A stretch of 64,000 bases of DNA, from NCBI GenBank assembly GCA_013265495.1, contig MU057640.1, forward strand, positions 2,009,405-2,073,404. Direction: 5' to 3'. Numbering within the stretch: the first letter of the stretch is position 1; each line of letters begins with the position of its first letter. The translations under genes and the position numbers were made by a program. Source of the stretch: Vicugna vicugna. Its lineage: Eukaryota. Shown here piece after piece: positions 37,646 to 51,330 of the stretch. The notes below the pieces were generated by a model, which was not told the DNA's origin, made no database searches, and worked only from the letters and a program-made list of their open reading frames with translations.

Positions 37646-40600
37646 CATACTGAAAAACATTTCATTGTATGTTAAGCGGTCAATTCCTGGCTACCTGAGC
37701 TTAGGGGTGGGGATCCCAGGGGTGGATCAGTAATGATCTTTCTGCCATTGGCAGTTCTCCTCTCTCCTTGCCATAGGACACCTACCCGTTCTAATTATTT
37801 GGATTAAATTATTTGTCTGTCCCAAGTGCAAAGCAGCTGGTGACAAGGAGAGATACCCCATCAAGCCCCATGGATGGTAATGGAAAGTCGACTTAAATTT
37901 TTTCCATGAAAGCTTCTCTAGGTGATGTAAGATTATTAGTGCAATGTGACATTATCAGATTTTTTTTTCATCAGCTTATTCATGTTGAAGCAATAAATGG
38001 CCCTTAATTGCCCTCTCCCCACCAATATTCCTAGAGATGGGATGAAGAAGAATCTTATTTCATATTTGCTGCTGTAGAATTTTGCTTGGAACTAAGGTAT
38101 CTAAGGGACTCCAGGCAGAGGTGGTGGTGACCAATTTCCAGTAGAGGAAAACTGAGGCTCAGAGGTTTAATGCCTGGCCCAAGAATAGAACTAGAGAAGG
38201 AGGCCCCTGAACCTGAATTCTGGGCCTTTGTGGACAGAGCATCCCCACATTTGGAGTTGCAGGGAGGGGATCCTTCACTGCTCCCACTCAGGAGCGTCTG
38301 ACACCTCCAGACCTGAGGTTCTAGGATGCACAGGAGCTGAGAGCTGGTCTCTCATTCCCCCTTTCCCCGAGGCCCCTCCAGAAGCGCAGCAGGAGCTTCA
38401 GCCCTCCTTCTGTAGCCTCAGCTTTGCTTCTTGTTGGTCCTGAACCCAAACTGCGCTTACACGCAGCTGTGCCAAAAGTCAGGCCATAACAGAAGTTTCC
38501 ACTTTCTCGGATTCTTGTTTTTGCCTGTGTTTGTGTTGTGGTCTTGTTTTTGGTTAAACAAAGGACATATATATAGATTTCAGATAAATTCACAGGTGCT
38601 GGTTTACAGAATTTTAATATTTCTAACCACAAGAGTAATGTAAACATTCAAAAAGGGCTTGGACACAGTGGTTAGTGGCAGAGCCCTGCATGGATGTTCA
38701 GATGTCATGGCTCTTAGCTTGTGTCATCTGGTAGGTGAGCCGGCTTCCTTTGCAGCTGGGTTTGTAACTGGGTGGACCATGTCAAACCAGTGTGACAATT
38801 CCGTGTGCCATGGAGGACAGACTGCTAGGCGTGCTTTGTGGTACCTGCATATATTTTTAGATTAATACTATGAAAGAGAAATTTGACTTGTATTTTTAGA
38901 TTACTACTATGACAGAGAAATTCGTCTTTTCACCATTCATCCCTTAATGTTCTGGTTGGGATTGGTTGCGGGGATTGATGCTATTAGGAGTGAAGCTTCC
39001 CAGCTGTTCCTTTCTCCTGCCTCACAGTGACAATCTGGACTCTGTTGCTCCCAGTACTCTTGAGCTTTTTGATGGGAGGAAAGGGGAGGGGACAAGGACT
39101 AGAATCCTGCACCTTCAGCCTGACAGAGACATTTTTTCCAAAAGAATTTTAAGCAGGAAATTTATGAAACTCTTTGTGTAAGGGCAATGAGTGGGAGAAA
39201 AAAGGATTTCAGAAGAGTTGCTGTGGGCCATGTGAACCCTCTGGTGCCTGACAAAATAAGGTAGGTCCACTTAATTTTGATTTATGTCAGAATCTCCCCC
39301 CACCCCAGCCCCATGCCCCCCCATGGAAAGCATCTCTGCCCTGTGATTCTAAGATGTGAGTCTGGCTTTATATGCATGGCTCTAGGTTGGATGGACCATG
39401 AATCTGTCCAATTTTAGGCTCTTCATAAGCTTTTTTGGTGCTTGATTTGATGTGTAGCATGTAGGGGGAGAGGCTGAGAATGGGTCACTGATAATGACTT
39501 CCAGAAAGAGTAATAATGTCCCTGCTCAGAAAGAAGATGTTCTAAAGACCTGTCTTCACAGGGAGGTTCTCTGAGAACAGGAAATAATGCATTTGAGGGT
39601 TTTCCCAGGAGTTTCTGGGCATGCCCAATATGCTTACCTTCCCAGGTAGCAGGGAAGGAGGGAACAGACTGGCTTTCCCCTGCAAACTGAGGTTCACCAC
39701 CTTGAGGATCTGTGTGGCCTTGGAGTTTGCCCAGCCATGGTAAGGTCCTCAACTCTATCACACGGAGAATAGGATTTGTAGAGTCCTCTTCAGAGGTAGG
39801 CTGGAAAGGTGCAGGCCCAAACCTTGTCTCACCCACCCCAGTGGGCACGGAGGTGGAAGGAAGGGACTAGGAGAGGTGCCCACAGCATGGACAGAACGGC
39901 TGTGAGTCAGAGCACGGCTCATCTCACCTGAAGAGGTCCTGGAGGTTGGTCCCTCCCTACTCTTAGGCAGAGAGGTTGAGGAGTGAGTCACAGGAGACCT
40001 TAATCTGTGTTTCTTAGCTTTCCGGGATGATTAAGGACTTGTGGTTCAGCCTGGCAACTCCCATCATTTTGAGTCTTTGTGGTTGGGGCTTCCTCGTTTG
40101 CAGGGCAGTGGTACTGGGTAACCGTGCTGGGTTATGCTGCTTCCTCCTCCACCCACAAATCCTTTCTCCCCTTTGAGGTCCCGGGTGAAGTGCAGGTCAC
40201 AGGGCCTGGAGTGTCTGCGTCCTGCCTGGGTTATATGAGGTCCTTGTGAGAAACTGAGGTGCTGCTATTGTAAAGATGCTGTAGGAAAGAGGACAGGTTG
40301 CTGTATCACATGTGTATACAATACGTCTCTTCCACCACGTCCTCCCCACCCTCAGGAGCCATTCTACGTAAACACCCCCAAACAGCCAGAACAGTGGGGC
40401 ACGGTATGGAAAAGTGTGCAAAGGGCGCATGAGGTGGTGCCTGGAGGAGACAGAATTCTGTGGAAGGGCTTGAGGGAGGAGTTGGGCCTTAAAGAGGGAG
40501 TGGGGTTCAGGGGGAGTTGGTAATAGGGTGGCAGGCGGCAGTCATGACTTTCCAAGGAGAGGGCCTGCCCCGGCTCAGACAAGGCCAAGTGTTTGTCCAT

Positions 40601-40729
40601 GCCGTGCCCCTGTTGCCTGGGTTCTTTAGGAAATTCCCAGACCTGGGCTGTTGAACACGAAAGCCACGCTCCCAAGTAGCTGAGTCTTCCCTGTAGAAAC
40701 AGCTCCTGCGTCTACGTGGCCAGAGAGCA

Positions 40730-40925
40730 GAGTAGGGTCGAGTGTTAGGGCCTCTGAATCAGGCAGATCTGGCTTCGGCAAAGTCCTCACCCTCTGAACC
40801 CATTTCCTCTCCTGTGAAGTGGGGGTGATCCTAGCAGTAACGCGTAGCACTGAAATTCACACTAAGTGAAATTATGCAGGTAAGCCCTTAGCACAGTGCC
40901 TGGCACAAAGTAAACACTCAGTAAA
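40730..40925 (+). mobile_element. MIR
   Basis: ctctgaatcaggcagatctgg...catttcctctcctgtgaagtgggg...cttagcacagtgcctggcacaaagtaaacactcagtaaa. Confidence 0.75.
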
Positions 40926-41009
40926 AGGGAGCTTTTCCTTTTCTTAAAATACTCTTTCCAAGAGCAGCTGCTGCTTTGGTAGCAGCAAATATGAGAGCAG
41001 ACTCATGAG

Positions 41010-41585
41010 ATGTCACCAACTGCTTCCATTCCTGTTGTTTCTGAACAAACTACCCCAAACAGGGACTGTTTCGTTATGTTTGTGGAGATCTGGGGTCAGC
41101 AGTTGGAAAGGGCCCTGGAAGAATGGCTTGCTCCTGCTTCTCAGTGTCTGGAGCCTCAAGGGGAAAGATTTGAGGCTCTGGGTAAGGCCACAAGTGAAGG
41201 CAGGAATCACCTGAAAGGCTTGTTCGTGTGCACGTCCGGTGCCTGGGCTGGGAGGTTGTGAGGGCTGGGGTGGCTGGTAGGGTTGCCCGTGTGTAACTCC
41301 TCCATGGGCGAGGCTGCATCAGGGCTCTTGGCCTTCATACGTGGGGGCTCAAGGCTTCAGGCACAGGTTTTCCCGTGAGCAAGCTGTATCATCACTTCTG
41401 TTCTGCCTTCGAAGTCATGCAGTGTCACCTCCACTGCCTCCTAGCAGTGAAGTAAGTCTCAGGCCTGCCTGGATTCAGGGCAGGGGATGGAGACCCACCT
41501 TCCAGTGGGGGGAGCATCAGGGTCCCATCGAGGAAAGCACACAAGGTGGGAGAGGTTGTGCCATTTTGGAAATGCAGTTTGTCGT
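41010..41585. mobile_element. Ancient MaLR LTR (MLT1F/H-like)
   Basis: aacaaactaccccaaa...ggggtcagcagttgg...gattcaggggcagggg...agacccacct motifs. Confidence 0.6.
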
Positions 41586-43894
41586 ACCTGCCATGGGAAC
41601 TCTGATGCTGAGGTGGGGGACACGAGGTTCCGGGGAGCCTGTGGTGCAGTGGCTCCCATGTCTACATGCCAGCAAAGAAGAATGACCCTTTGTTGACAAA
41701 AATCATCAGTGGCCTCATGGCGGACTCTTTCTTGATTTTTATCTAGTTTGGAGCTAGATGCTTCCGAGGCAGCTGTTCTCAGTCACTCTGAGCCAGGATG
41801 GTGGGGCTATTCAGGGCAGGTGGGGGTTGGAGATGTTCTTTAATAGGGCAAGTGGCCTCACAGGAGCCCTGCCACTAGCTTTCTGTCTTCCGCTGGTGCC
41901 ATCTGTGTCTGGCCGAGCTCAGGGCTGGAGTCCCAGCTGTGTTATCCAGGCTTAATTTGTGCAAGATGGCAATGGCCATAGGTGCTCAGGTAGACGTCTT
42001 TTGAAGTGGTCATATTTTAGGATGTCAGCAAGAGCGAGGTGTCCTGCAAATACACACTGTGGGGTTTAGCCGGGGAGGTGGCACCGGCTTTGCTGTTTTA
42101 ATCACAGGAAGCATGGCTGTAACAAAACTTCCTCAGCAGTGTGACAGAGGTGGGAAGGGGGTACAGCTTCCAAAGAAGAGCTGAAAGGGAAGATCTTGTG
42201 GAAGGCAGGGGCTGCTCAAGGGGTCATTGAAAAATAGCTTGGAACAGGCTGATGCATTGCAGTGCCTACCTGAGATCAGCCATTGTTAGTCTCTGAGTAG
42301 AGTGGTTCCCTACCAGGTGCCCTTCTACCCTCCAGCCCCCAGAGCCAGCAGAAACCCGCCCCCTTGCCGTTGAATCATGTGGCCGGCGCAGACATGGGCA
42401 CATTACGGGGAAGGCTGGTGCTTTGAGCTGTTTCTCAAGTGCTAGTCCAGACGCGTACATCTGATTTTTCCTTATTCCCCATGGCACATAGTCACAACAC
42501 GGCCAGCCAGAGGTGGGAACAGCCTGGAGCCCTGGACACTCTTGGGTTTTGAGCCACAGCCTCTGTATCGCAGTGCTGTTGACTCTCCAGCCTGTCTGTA
42601 CTGTGCTTGAGGCCCGGGTGCCTGCCTGAGGACTGCCTCTCCAGAGCAACACGCTGGCCAGCCCTGGGATGCTCATGTCTCAAATCTGTCCCCTCTGGCC
42701 TCTTTCTTAGCCTGGGCTGTTCCCGAGCTCTCGGCTGCACGTCCTGGGCTGACACCCTGAAGCACGGGCACTGGCATCTGGGGCTTGTCTTTTGTGCCAA
42801 ATCAGTGCAGGCCTGAGCTGCTCTGGCAAATAGTGTCTGGTCTCAGCACGTCAGGGCAGTGGAACTACATATGGTCCACACAGCAGCAGTTTGTAACATG
42901 TGAGCTGGTGGCCGTAACTGGAAACAAAGGAACTGTGTTCCTAGATGGTGGCGGAGAGCCTGGAGGGGCACGGGAAGCTTCAGTCCTTGTTGGAAGGGAA
43001 GAGTGGGTGGGTGGATACTGGTGCAGAGGTGGAGGAAGGGGACCTCTAAAAGCCCCCTGTACTCCCTGAATGCTTGTACCTATCCGTAGGATCGATGACA
43101 TACAGGTTCCCAGCGCGAGCAAGTGAGTGATGCAAAGCCAGAGAGGTTTCCTAGGACTCAGCGGCCACTCCTTCTCCCCATATATACGTGTAATTAATCA
43201 CTCCGTCTCACCTCCCACCATCCCCACCCACATCCCCAGTACCTCAGGCCTTTCTCACCACCTTCCCTGGACAGCTGTAATAGGTTACTTCTTGGGTCCT
43301 TGCTGCCAGTCTCTTGCTTCTTCAGCTCAGTGTGTCTCACTGTAACCATGGTGGTTTTGCCAAAATACACATCTGGTCACATCACTTCCCTCCTTAAAAA
43401 CTGCCTATGACCCCAGGGTAGCTTCCAAGCTCCCCTGTGGGGCCTGCAGTCGTGCAGTCCTGCCACGTCCAGTGCTCCGGCTTTTCCTTTTTCCCCTCAT
43501 GAAGGTTCCTATTTCTTGGATGCCCCAGGGTTTTCTCCCCTTTTGGCCTGGAATCACATTACTCCCCCTGCTGACAGTGGCCTTCTGATTCTTTCCCTTA
43601 GGCTAAGCCCTGTCCCTTCTTTACAGCTCCAGGAGCAGACATCTATTTCATGATCTTCCTCCGAGGAGTTTCCTCCTTTCTACACCTCTTATTTCCAGTG
43701 TGGAGGACCACAGCATGTGCTCAGATGAGGTGGGGTAGAATCAGATTGTCAGGAAGGGCATGGCAGCTGAAGCCAGTCCTCCTGGCTTTGCCACTTCCTG
43801 GCTGTGTAACATCCAGGCAGATCCTCACTTGACTCAGCCATCACTGCTTCATCCATAAACAGATGAAAACACGACCCGTTCATGAGGGTTGGTT

Positions 43895-44063
43895 TGTTTG
43901 TTGATTTTATTAAAGTATAGTTGATTCACAGTGTTGTGTTCATTTCTTGTATACAGCACGGTGATTCAGTCACACACACACACACACACACATTCTTATT
44001 CATTATAGGCTATTACAAGATACTGAGTATAGTCCCCTGTGCTATGCAGCAGGACCTTGTTGT
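43895..44063 (-). mobile_element. Short L1 3' end with (CA)n, inserted in a MIR
   Basis: ttttattaaagtatagttgatt...cccctgtgctatgcagcaggaccttgttg; approximate TSD ttcatgagg on both sides. Confidence 0.75.
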
Positions 44064-44246
44064 TTCATGAGGTTTTAAAATGAGATAGCACCTGTGTAAT
44101 GAATGGCGCAGAGATGAGAATGAGGGGAATGCCATCCTGTTTTCCTTGATGGGATCACCTCTCCATCCCTTTCTTCCTCTCCCCTTTACCTGTCTAGATG
44201 TCTGCTGACTTTTTCCAATAACCAAAGCAGTTGGTATCTTTTTCTG

Positions 44247-44689
44247 ATTAAGTCGTATGAGCTGCTTATATATTCTAGAGATCAAGCCTTTGTCGGTTTC
44301 ATTTGCAAAAATTTCCTCCTATTCTGTAGGTTGTCGTTTTGTTTTACTTATGGTTTCCTTTGCTGTGCAGAAGCTTGTAAGTTTAATTAGGTCCCATTTG
44401 TTTATTCTTGCTTTTATTTCTATTGCTTGCGTAGACTGCCCTAGGAGAACGTTTTTGAGATGTATGTCAGGTAATGTTTTGCATATATTTTCTTCTAGGA
44501 GGTTTATCGTATCTTGTCTTATGTTTGTCTTTGATCCATTTTGAGTTTATTTTTGTGTATGATGTAAGGGAGTGTTCTAGCTTCATTGATTTACTTGCTG
44601 CTGTCCAGTTTTCCCAACACCATTTGCTGAAGAGACGGTCTTTATTCCATTGTATATTCTTGCCTCCTTTGTCGAAGATTAGTTGACCA
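44247..44689 (-). mobile_element. Internal L1 ORF2 fragment with TSD and no poly(A)
   Basis: [28 protein letters not shown]...[11 protein letters not shown] and ISRIYKQLIRLN; 14-bp direct repeat GGTATCTTTTTCTG at 44233-44246 and 44690-44703. Confidence 0.88.
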
Positions 44690-45594
44690 GGTATCTTTTT
44701 CTGGCCCAAGTAAGTGGGGTTCTCAGGCAGGTGTGAGTGGGGAGGAGTCTTGATGTCTTAGAGTGACAGCCTGGATGCGCTCCTGGTTGTAGCTGTGACC
44801 CTGGATGTTGGCAGTGTTTGAGCGGCCTTAGCTGACCCCTCCTCCCTTTCCGCCCATGCTAGTTGGTTCCTCCTTCCCGGAGAGAAGCGCGGACACTGCA
44901 GTTAGTCAGGGTCGGACCCTATGGTCTGAAGTCAAGCCCAGCATCTCAAGAGTCGACTTGCTGGGGCCTCTGACCCTCCAGTGAGGGGCTGCTCCTTGGA
45001 CGTCAGAACTCTACCCAGTGTCCCCTGACTACTTTGAATAGTACCAGGTTGGTCATATAGGCGGAGACTTTCTGACTCCTAGACTGTGAAAGAACAAGGA
45101 GAATCTTCCTCTCTAAAATAACCTTTCTGTCCATTTTTTAATGTGAAAAATGGTCCTTCCTGGGGTGAATGAGCAGTGAGTAATGCTTCAGTGTTGGTGG
45201 ACAGTGGTTGGTGGATGGTGCAGCTCGGGTCCAGAGTTTCGGAGTTGGTACTTATTCTTTGCGTTTCTGAGACATGAGCCTCGGCCTTTCTTACCACTCT
45301 CTGGAGGGCCTTTCTGCTGGTCTGGAGATGAATCACTGGGTAGGGCACACATTATAGAAAAAGAGAAAGAGACGTGGATGGTGACTTGGTGGGTGGGGAC
45401 AGGAACTGAACATTCCCCTGTGAACGGAATGGTGAGATAGGCACCAGGCTAGCACCCCTGGAGAGGGCCTGGAGAAGGGTGGGAAGGTAGAGATGGGTCA
45501 GCCAGGTGTGTTTCATAGTTCTTACAGCCTAGTCACTCAAAGGCTGACCGGAGAGGATTCTGTAAGTCCAAGTGGAGATCCTGGAGCAAGAAAG

Positions 45595-45758
45595 TTTTTT
45601 GTTTGTTTGTTTTTTAAAATAAACTTTATTTATTTTATTCATTTTTTTTGGTGGGGGGAGGTTGTTAGGTCTAATTTATTCTTAGAGGAGGTACTGGGGA
45701 TTGAACCCAGGACCTCATGCATACTAAGCATGCGCTCTACCACTTGAGCTATACCCTC
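45595..45758 (-). mobile_element. tRNA-derived SINE (Vic-1-like)
   Basis: ggaggtactggggattgaacccaggacctcatgcatactaagcatgcgctctaccacttgagctataccc. Confidence 0.88.
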
Positions 45759-46794
45759 TTTGCTGAGAATGTTTTGTTTTGGGCTCTGCTAAACAACCTA
45801 TTGGGCCTACCTGCTACTGCTCAGCACAAGATACACACAGTCTTGAGGATGAAGGTCCAGTGGTGATAGCAGAACTTCAAAATCTTAGGATTTCTCTGCT
45901 TTATTAGTTCTTATTTTCACACTTTTGAACATTTAAGTGTTCTCTTCCCAGCTCTCCCACTGACCTCACTGACGGTTTGCCTAGATATACCATCTAGGGG
46001 GCTGCGACGTAAAGATGATCAGTGGTATTGAATTTGCAGGGTTCAGCCTGCATGACCCAAAGCAAAACTCACAACTTCTCAAATGGTGTCAGACCTGGTG
46101 CAGGAGGGTTCTGCCTGTCAACACCTTCCCCTCAACCCAGAGACAACTACTGTTAGCATTTACCTTTAGCAAAGCATCCCTCAGGAGACTTTCTATGTGA
46201 TAGATAGACAACATGTTCTTAACAAAAAGAAATATGATCAAACTATGTATTTCTGTAGACTAATATTTTATTATAATATAGTCGCATGTATTATTAAATT
46301 GCCTACTACATCTTTTCAATATATAGTTTTAAAGTAACGCATGTACAGAATCTAGTTTAAGAAGCCAAATTATATAAAAAATCATATAAAAAAACAAAGC
46401 TCCCCTGCTCTATCCTTTCTTACTCCCGAATCTTCCTCCTGGCTAGTGATCTTCTTGAGGGGAGGTACTGGTTTAATTTATATTTGGACACCCTGTACTT
46501 AGCACAATGCATATGGGCGCTCTATACATGTGGGCTTTTGGGGGGATGGATTTAAGTCAACACTTATTATAGAACATGACATTCTACTTAAAAAAAAAAC
46601 AAAACCATGCAGCTGAAAGAAACACATTTCAAGCTGATTCATTTTATAGCAGCTTGGAGAGGCTGTCCAAGTCTTTGGTTATATCAGATGGAGATTTTAT
46701 TGCCTGAAATGCGGCTTTTGGTTAAAATTTTCAATTTTAATATGTCTATTTCTGTTTCACTATAAAGAGATTTTGTAGTAGTGGAACTGAACTT

Positions 46795-47270
46795 TGTATT
46801 AGTTAGATAACAATGAGAAACAGACACCCAGAATAACAGTAGCTGAACTAAGAAGTCTGTTTCTTTTGTATGTAAAAGTCTGACGGGAGACAGTCCAAGG
46901 TTGGCATGGCATCTCTGCTCAATGAGCCCTGCCCTGCTTCCTGTGCACAGCTCTGCCAGCTTTTGGGTGTGAGCTTCTCCTCATGGCCCAAGATGGTAGG
47001 TAGATCTCCAGCCATTACATTCATGTTCTAGGCAGCACAGTGTAGGAAGGGATGAAGAAGGGTCAAAGGCCCTGAGCTGACATCTTTTAAGGCAGGTTAC
47101 AGAAGGCAGCCCCATGATGTTTTCTAGTCACCTGGCTGTTCCTTGGGACAAGGAGCCTGAGAAATGTGGTTAATGTTATCCGTGGCCAGGTGCCCATTTG
47201 AAATGGAAGGTACTGTTACTGTGGGAAGAGGGGAGAGTGACCACTGAAGGGCGACTCTCCAGTCTGGGTC
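46795..47270. mobile_element. Ancient MaLR LTR (MLT1J-like)
   Basis: tgtattagttag...ataacagtagctgaac...ccaagatgg...ctccagccattacattcatgttctaggcagca motifs. Confidence 0.6.
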
Positions 47271-50200
47271 ACAGATTTTAGGCTCTTTTCCCCTCATTAA
47301 TCCCTTGTTAGTCCTTTTGTGACACGTTGCCAGGATTGCTAATGCAGCGATTTGTTTCTGCTGTGTTTTCAGTTTGTTTTCTGGTTCTCACAAATGCTGC
47401 TGGCTCTGTCCTTCTCTGTTAACCCTTCCTTGGAGATGCTCTCCCACCCGCTCCTCTGGGGTTGGAGGCCTTGGGACACCTGCTTGGATGTGAGATGATG
47501 GCAGACAGGTCAGTCCTTTCCTCAGGGGCAGTAACCTGCTGCCTTCTGCACAGCGGGCTTCCCGTGGCGGCACTGAGCTCAGCAGTTCCCAGGGGTGGCC
47601 TGCAGACCCCTGGGGAGGGGGCTACTGCTAGATGTCTTTGAATCTAAATGCATTGAAGAAAGTGTAAATATTCATATTTTGGTTTTTCACATGTGTGTAG
47701 GTGCCATTGTGTTAATAAAATACAAATTCATTCAAAAGCATCTTTCATTGGGGGGTGTTTAATGCAGCAGGGTGGTTTGGGGCCCTTATTAAGACCTGGG
47801 TTATGTCCTGACTCTGCTTCTTTTTGCCTGTGGGCCAGCCTCTCTGAATTTCACTCTCTGCATCTGATGTGCCCTCCAGAACTTTGAGAGAATGAAATAA
47901 GATTATGGACGTAAATCACTTAGCTCGGCATGCAGCCCACCCTAACCTCAGGGCCCCGTACACATTAGCTCTAGTTACCGTTTTCTTCTTAATCAGCACA
48001 CACTAAAAGCACATCTACCATCGTCACGATTTTTTTTAAGCTGAAAGGACATGTTTGAAAAGATTAGGAATCATTGCTTTAGCTTCTTTGGTGAATCCAA
48101 TATAGCCAGCCCTCAAACAGGTGTTTGGGGACCACTGCCTTGACTGACTTAATCAGAAACCCTTACAAATGGTTTATATTCATTCATTTATCCAAGACAA
48201 ACATTTACTGAGCACCTACTGGACCTCTTCAGGGTGCAGGCATGGAAAGGGAGGCCATTACAGCTCAGCTTTGCGCTGGCTCAGGGTCACAGGGAAAGGT
48301 CACTCATCGTGCTGAGCGTTCTCTGGCTTTGCCAGGAGTGCATCGCACACATCCGTTCACTTTGGTTTCCTCTCCTGTACCAAGAGGGGGTGGATCCTAA
48401 GTCCTCCAGGACCCAGTTCTCTCTCCCTTTCCGTAGTTCTTCAGACAGGAATTTCTGGCTGCCTGTGCCCGAATGTTTGTCAGGAAGCACGGTTTTGTTT
48501 GCTAGTTGTGCCAGTGAACTTGCTGCAGCTCTGCTGACAGTGCTGAACCCGGCTGGGGCCGTCGCTGCTGCCAGCACCTCTCTGCCGTCTCCAGGCAGCA
48601 CCACACCTCTGCTGAGGCGGAGAGTCAAGCAGTCTAGGTGGTGAATCATTTGCCTCGGTAAGCAAGTCTGTCTGGCCTCTCTTGGCCTCGCTGGGAGGGA
48701 CAGAGTGGGCTGAGGGCCAGGGGACAGGAGAAGCTGGGGCTTTGATGCGGGCTGTGCTCTCACTGCGTGGTAGAGGTCCATGAGCGATGCTTTTCCGCGT
48801 GACTCGTGCTGATTCAGCACCGTGGGGGCCTGCTGTGTGGTCGCGGCTGGCCCGTTGGTGCTCTGGGCTGCTGGGTGGGGCTGGGGCCTGAGATGGGCTT
48901 CCTTCCTCCACTGGAGACAATGCGCTGCAGGAAGCGAATGTCTCCAGTGCTGACTCAGGCGCCCCAAGGTCTGGCTGTGTCTGATGAATGGAGCTTTTCT
49001 CTGGGGTAGAATTATCTGGCCTAACTCCTCTTTGCCCTTGAGTGTAGCTGTTCTTCAGTTCAGATGGGTGGTGGAGCTTGGCTGGCCCCAGGAAAGGCCA
49101 ACACTGCTTTCAGGGAATTACGGATTCTGAGAATGTCAGAGGTGGGAGCCGGGGGCCTGATGAACATCACACAGCGAGCGCTGAAGCCAGCACCCAGACA
49201 TTCTGGGTCTTCGTCGGTAGCTTTTCCCTTTCTGCCTTGCTGCAGCTCAGAGACTGTTCCTGTTCAGGTGGGAGAGGATGCTGTGGCACACATCCAGTGG
49301 TTGAACTCTTGAGTTTTCAGGGGCAAGCAGGAGAACAGTTTTTGCATGTTGGGAGAGATGGAAGAACCAAGCCAGGGAAAGCTGGAAGCCCCTGCAGGAT
49401 ACCTGTGGTTGCAGACTATACCAGTTGCCTTCTTCCTCCCCCAAGAAACAAACAAAACCAAAGGCAGGATCTGGGCTAGGATGGCAGATTGAACACATAC
49501 AACGACTACACCTGCTTGTGCTCTCCCTGCAAACCCAGCTAAAACAACAGGAACTCACACGGCCAGCAGAACAGGAGACAGCAGCAGAGTTTGGGAAGCT
49601 AGAAGACAGGTGGATGAGCCATTAACTGACTTTGGACATTTGAGAAAGATGATTTTAAGCTGACAGTGGGGAAAGCAAAGAACCAATCAATTTATATCAC
49701 AGATTCCTTAGAAGTCTAGGAACTGGCAGCACCAGGTACCTCTGGGACTGAAGTGAATGAAGGGCGGGTAAAATGAAAAGGTCAGGGAGCAGTTATGTGA
49801 AATGCATTCCTTCTCCACTCCAGAGGAAATAACTGCCTTTCCTTTTGGAAGGGGAAACAGTTCCTGGACTGGGGGACACCAAGCACAGGGAATGGGTATG
49901 GGGACTTTATTTTTAAAACGGAGGCATGAAAGATCTGTTCACATGCTGAAGCCTGTACTCTGAGACCACGGCAGCCCTTCCCCGACTTGATTCCCAGCAC
50001 ACGGGCAGCCAGACCTTTGTGCTCCTACAGTTTGGAAGAGTACTGTTCCCTGGGATTGACCAGCTCAAGAGGATGACCTCAGACATTCTTGTCTAGGCTT
50101 ACCTGGCTCTCCCTCTTATGTGCTTAGAGGTTTTTGTCAGCTTTTGATCCCTCACTCCTAACCCCAGCCCCGGACTTATTATTATGGAAAACATACACAG

Positions 50201-50559
50201 CAGGAAGGAGGGATGGCCTAATGAACCCCCAGTACTCACCCAGTTTCCACAGTGACCAGCTCATAGGTCATCTTGTTGCTTCTGTCACTCCACTCATTTC
50301 CCACCCTTGGCTCTCTTGAAGGAAATTTGCAACTTTTTTTTTTTTGGTAAATATTTTAATATGTTCCTTTAAAAGATAGGACTTCCTTTTTAAAAAATAA
50401 GCACAATCTGGTTCTTAATCATGAAGTCAAGCATTACTTTAACTTGGAGCAAAAGTGCATTAGAGACCAAAGCACAAGTAAAAAAAGCAGCTGGGGCAAC
50501 AAAGAAATTTAAAAAGAACCATTAGTTATACACTCAGGTAAAAGAAAGGATATTGTACC

Positions 50560-51330
50560 TGTATTACAAAAACAGCTGTTCCACCACTATGTTTGCGCCT
50601 GCCATTCAATTAAAAAAAATTCATAGAACGAAAAAGAGCTCTCTTAGAAATTAAAATAGTGTTAGCGAAATGAGAAGCCCAGTAGAAGGGTTAGAAGACA
50701 AAGTGATGACATCTCAGAAAGAAGATAAAAATGAAACAAAGATGAAAAAGGAGAGGAGAAAAGATACAATTGGAGGACCAGTAAAGACAGCATAATACCT
50801 GAATGATAGAGGTTCTGGAGAGAGAGAAAGCAGAGAAGCATGGGGGAGGAAATTAATGGTAACATACTTTAAGAAAATTCCCTATGACTGAGGAACATGA
50901 GTGTTCAGATTTGAAAATCCTCACTAAGTTTCCCCCTGAGGCACATCCCTCGGATATTTCAGAACACGGGATTAAGAAGAGACTAAAAATTTCCCGAAAG
51001 AAAAAGACACCCCACACACAGAGCATCCGGAAGCAAGATGGTTTGGGGCTTCTTAACGACAATGCTGGAAGCAGGAAATTCACGCATGATACCGTCAAAA
51101 TGATGAAGGAAAATCTCCAATCATTTTTATGCCAAGTATGGGGATGGAAAGTAGACATTTTCTAACAACACAAAAAGTACCTTCCATGCATTCTTTCTAA
51201 GGAGCTGCTGGAAAACGTGTATCACCAAAGTAAGAGGAGAAAGCAGCAAAGAGAGAAAGTGGGGTACAGGACACAGGAGGTGGGTGAGGGGAGACCCCAG
51301 GAGAGCAGCCAAGCATTGGACATCGAGGGT
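50560..51330 (+). mobile_element. Old L1 ORF1-region remnant
   Basis: A-rich, degenerate ORF1-like sequence (aagaaaattccct...atttcagaacac...aatgctggaagcagg); family assignment uncertain. Confidence 0.55.

Noticed and set aside
48287..48967. 226-codon minus-strand ORF
   Set aside because: Non-ATG start, no recognisable domain or supporting exon structure.
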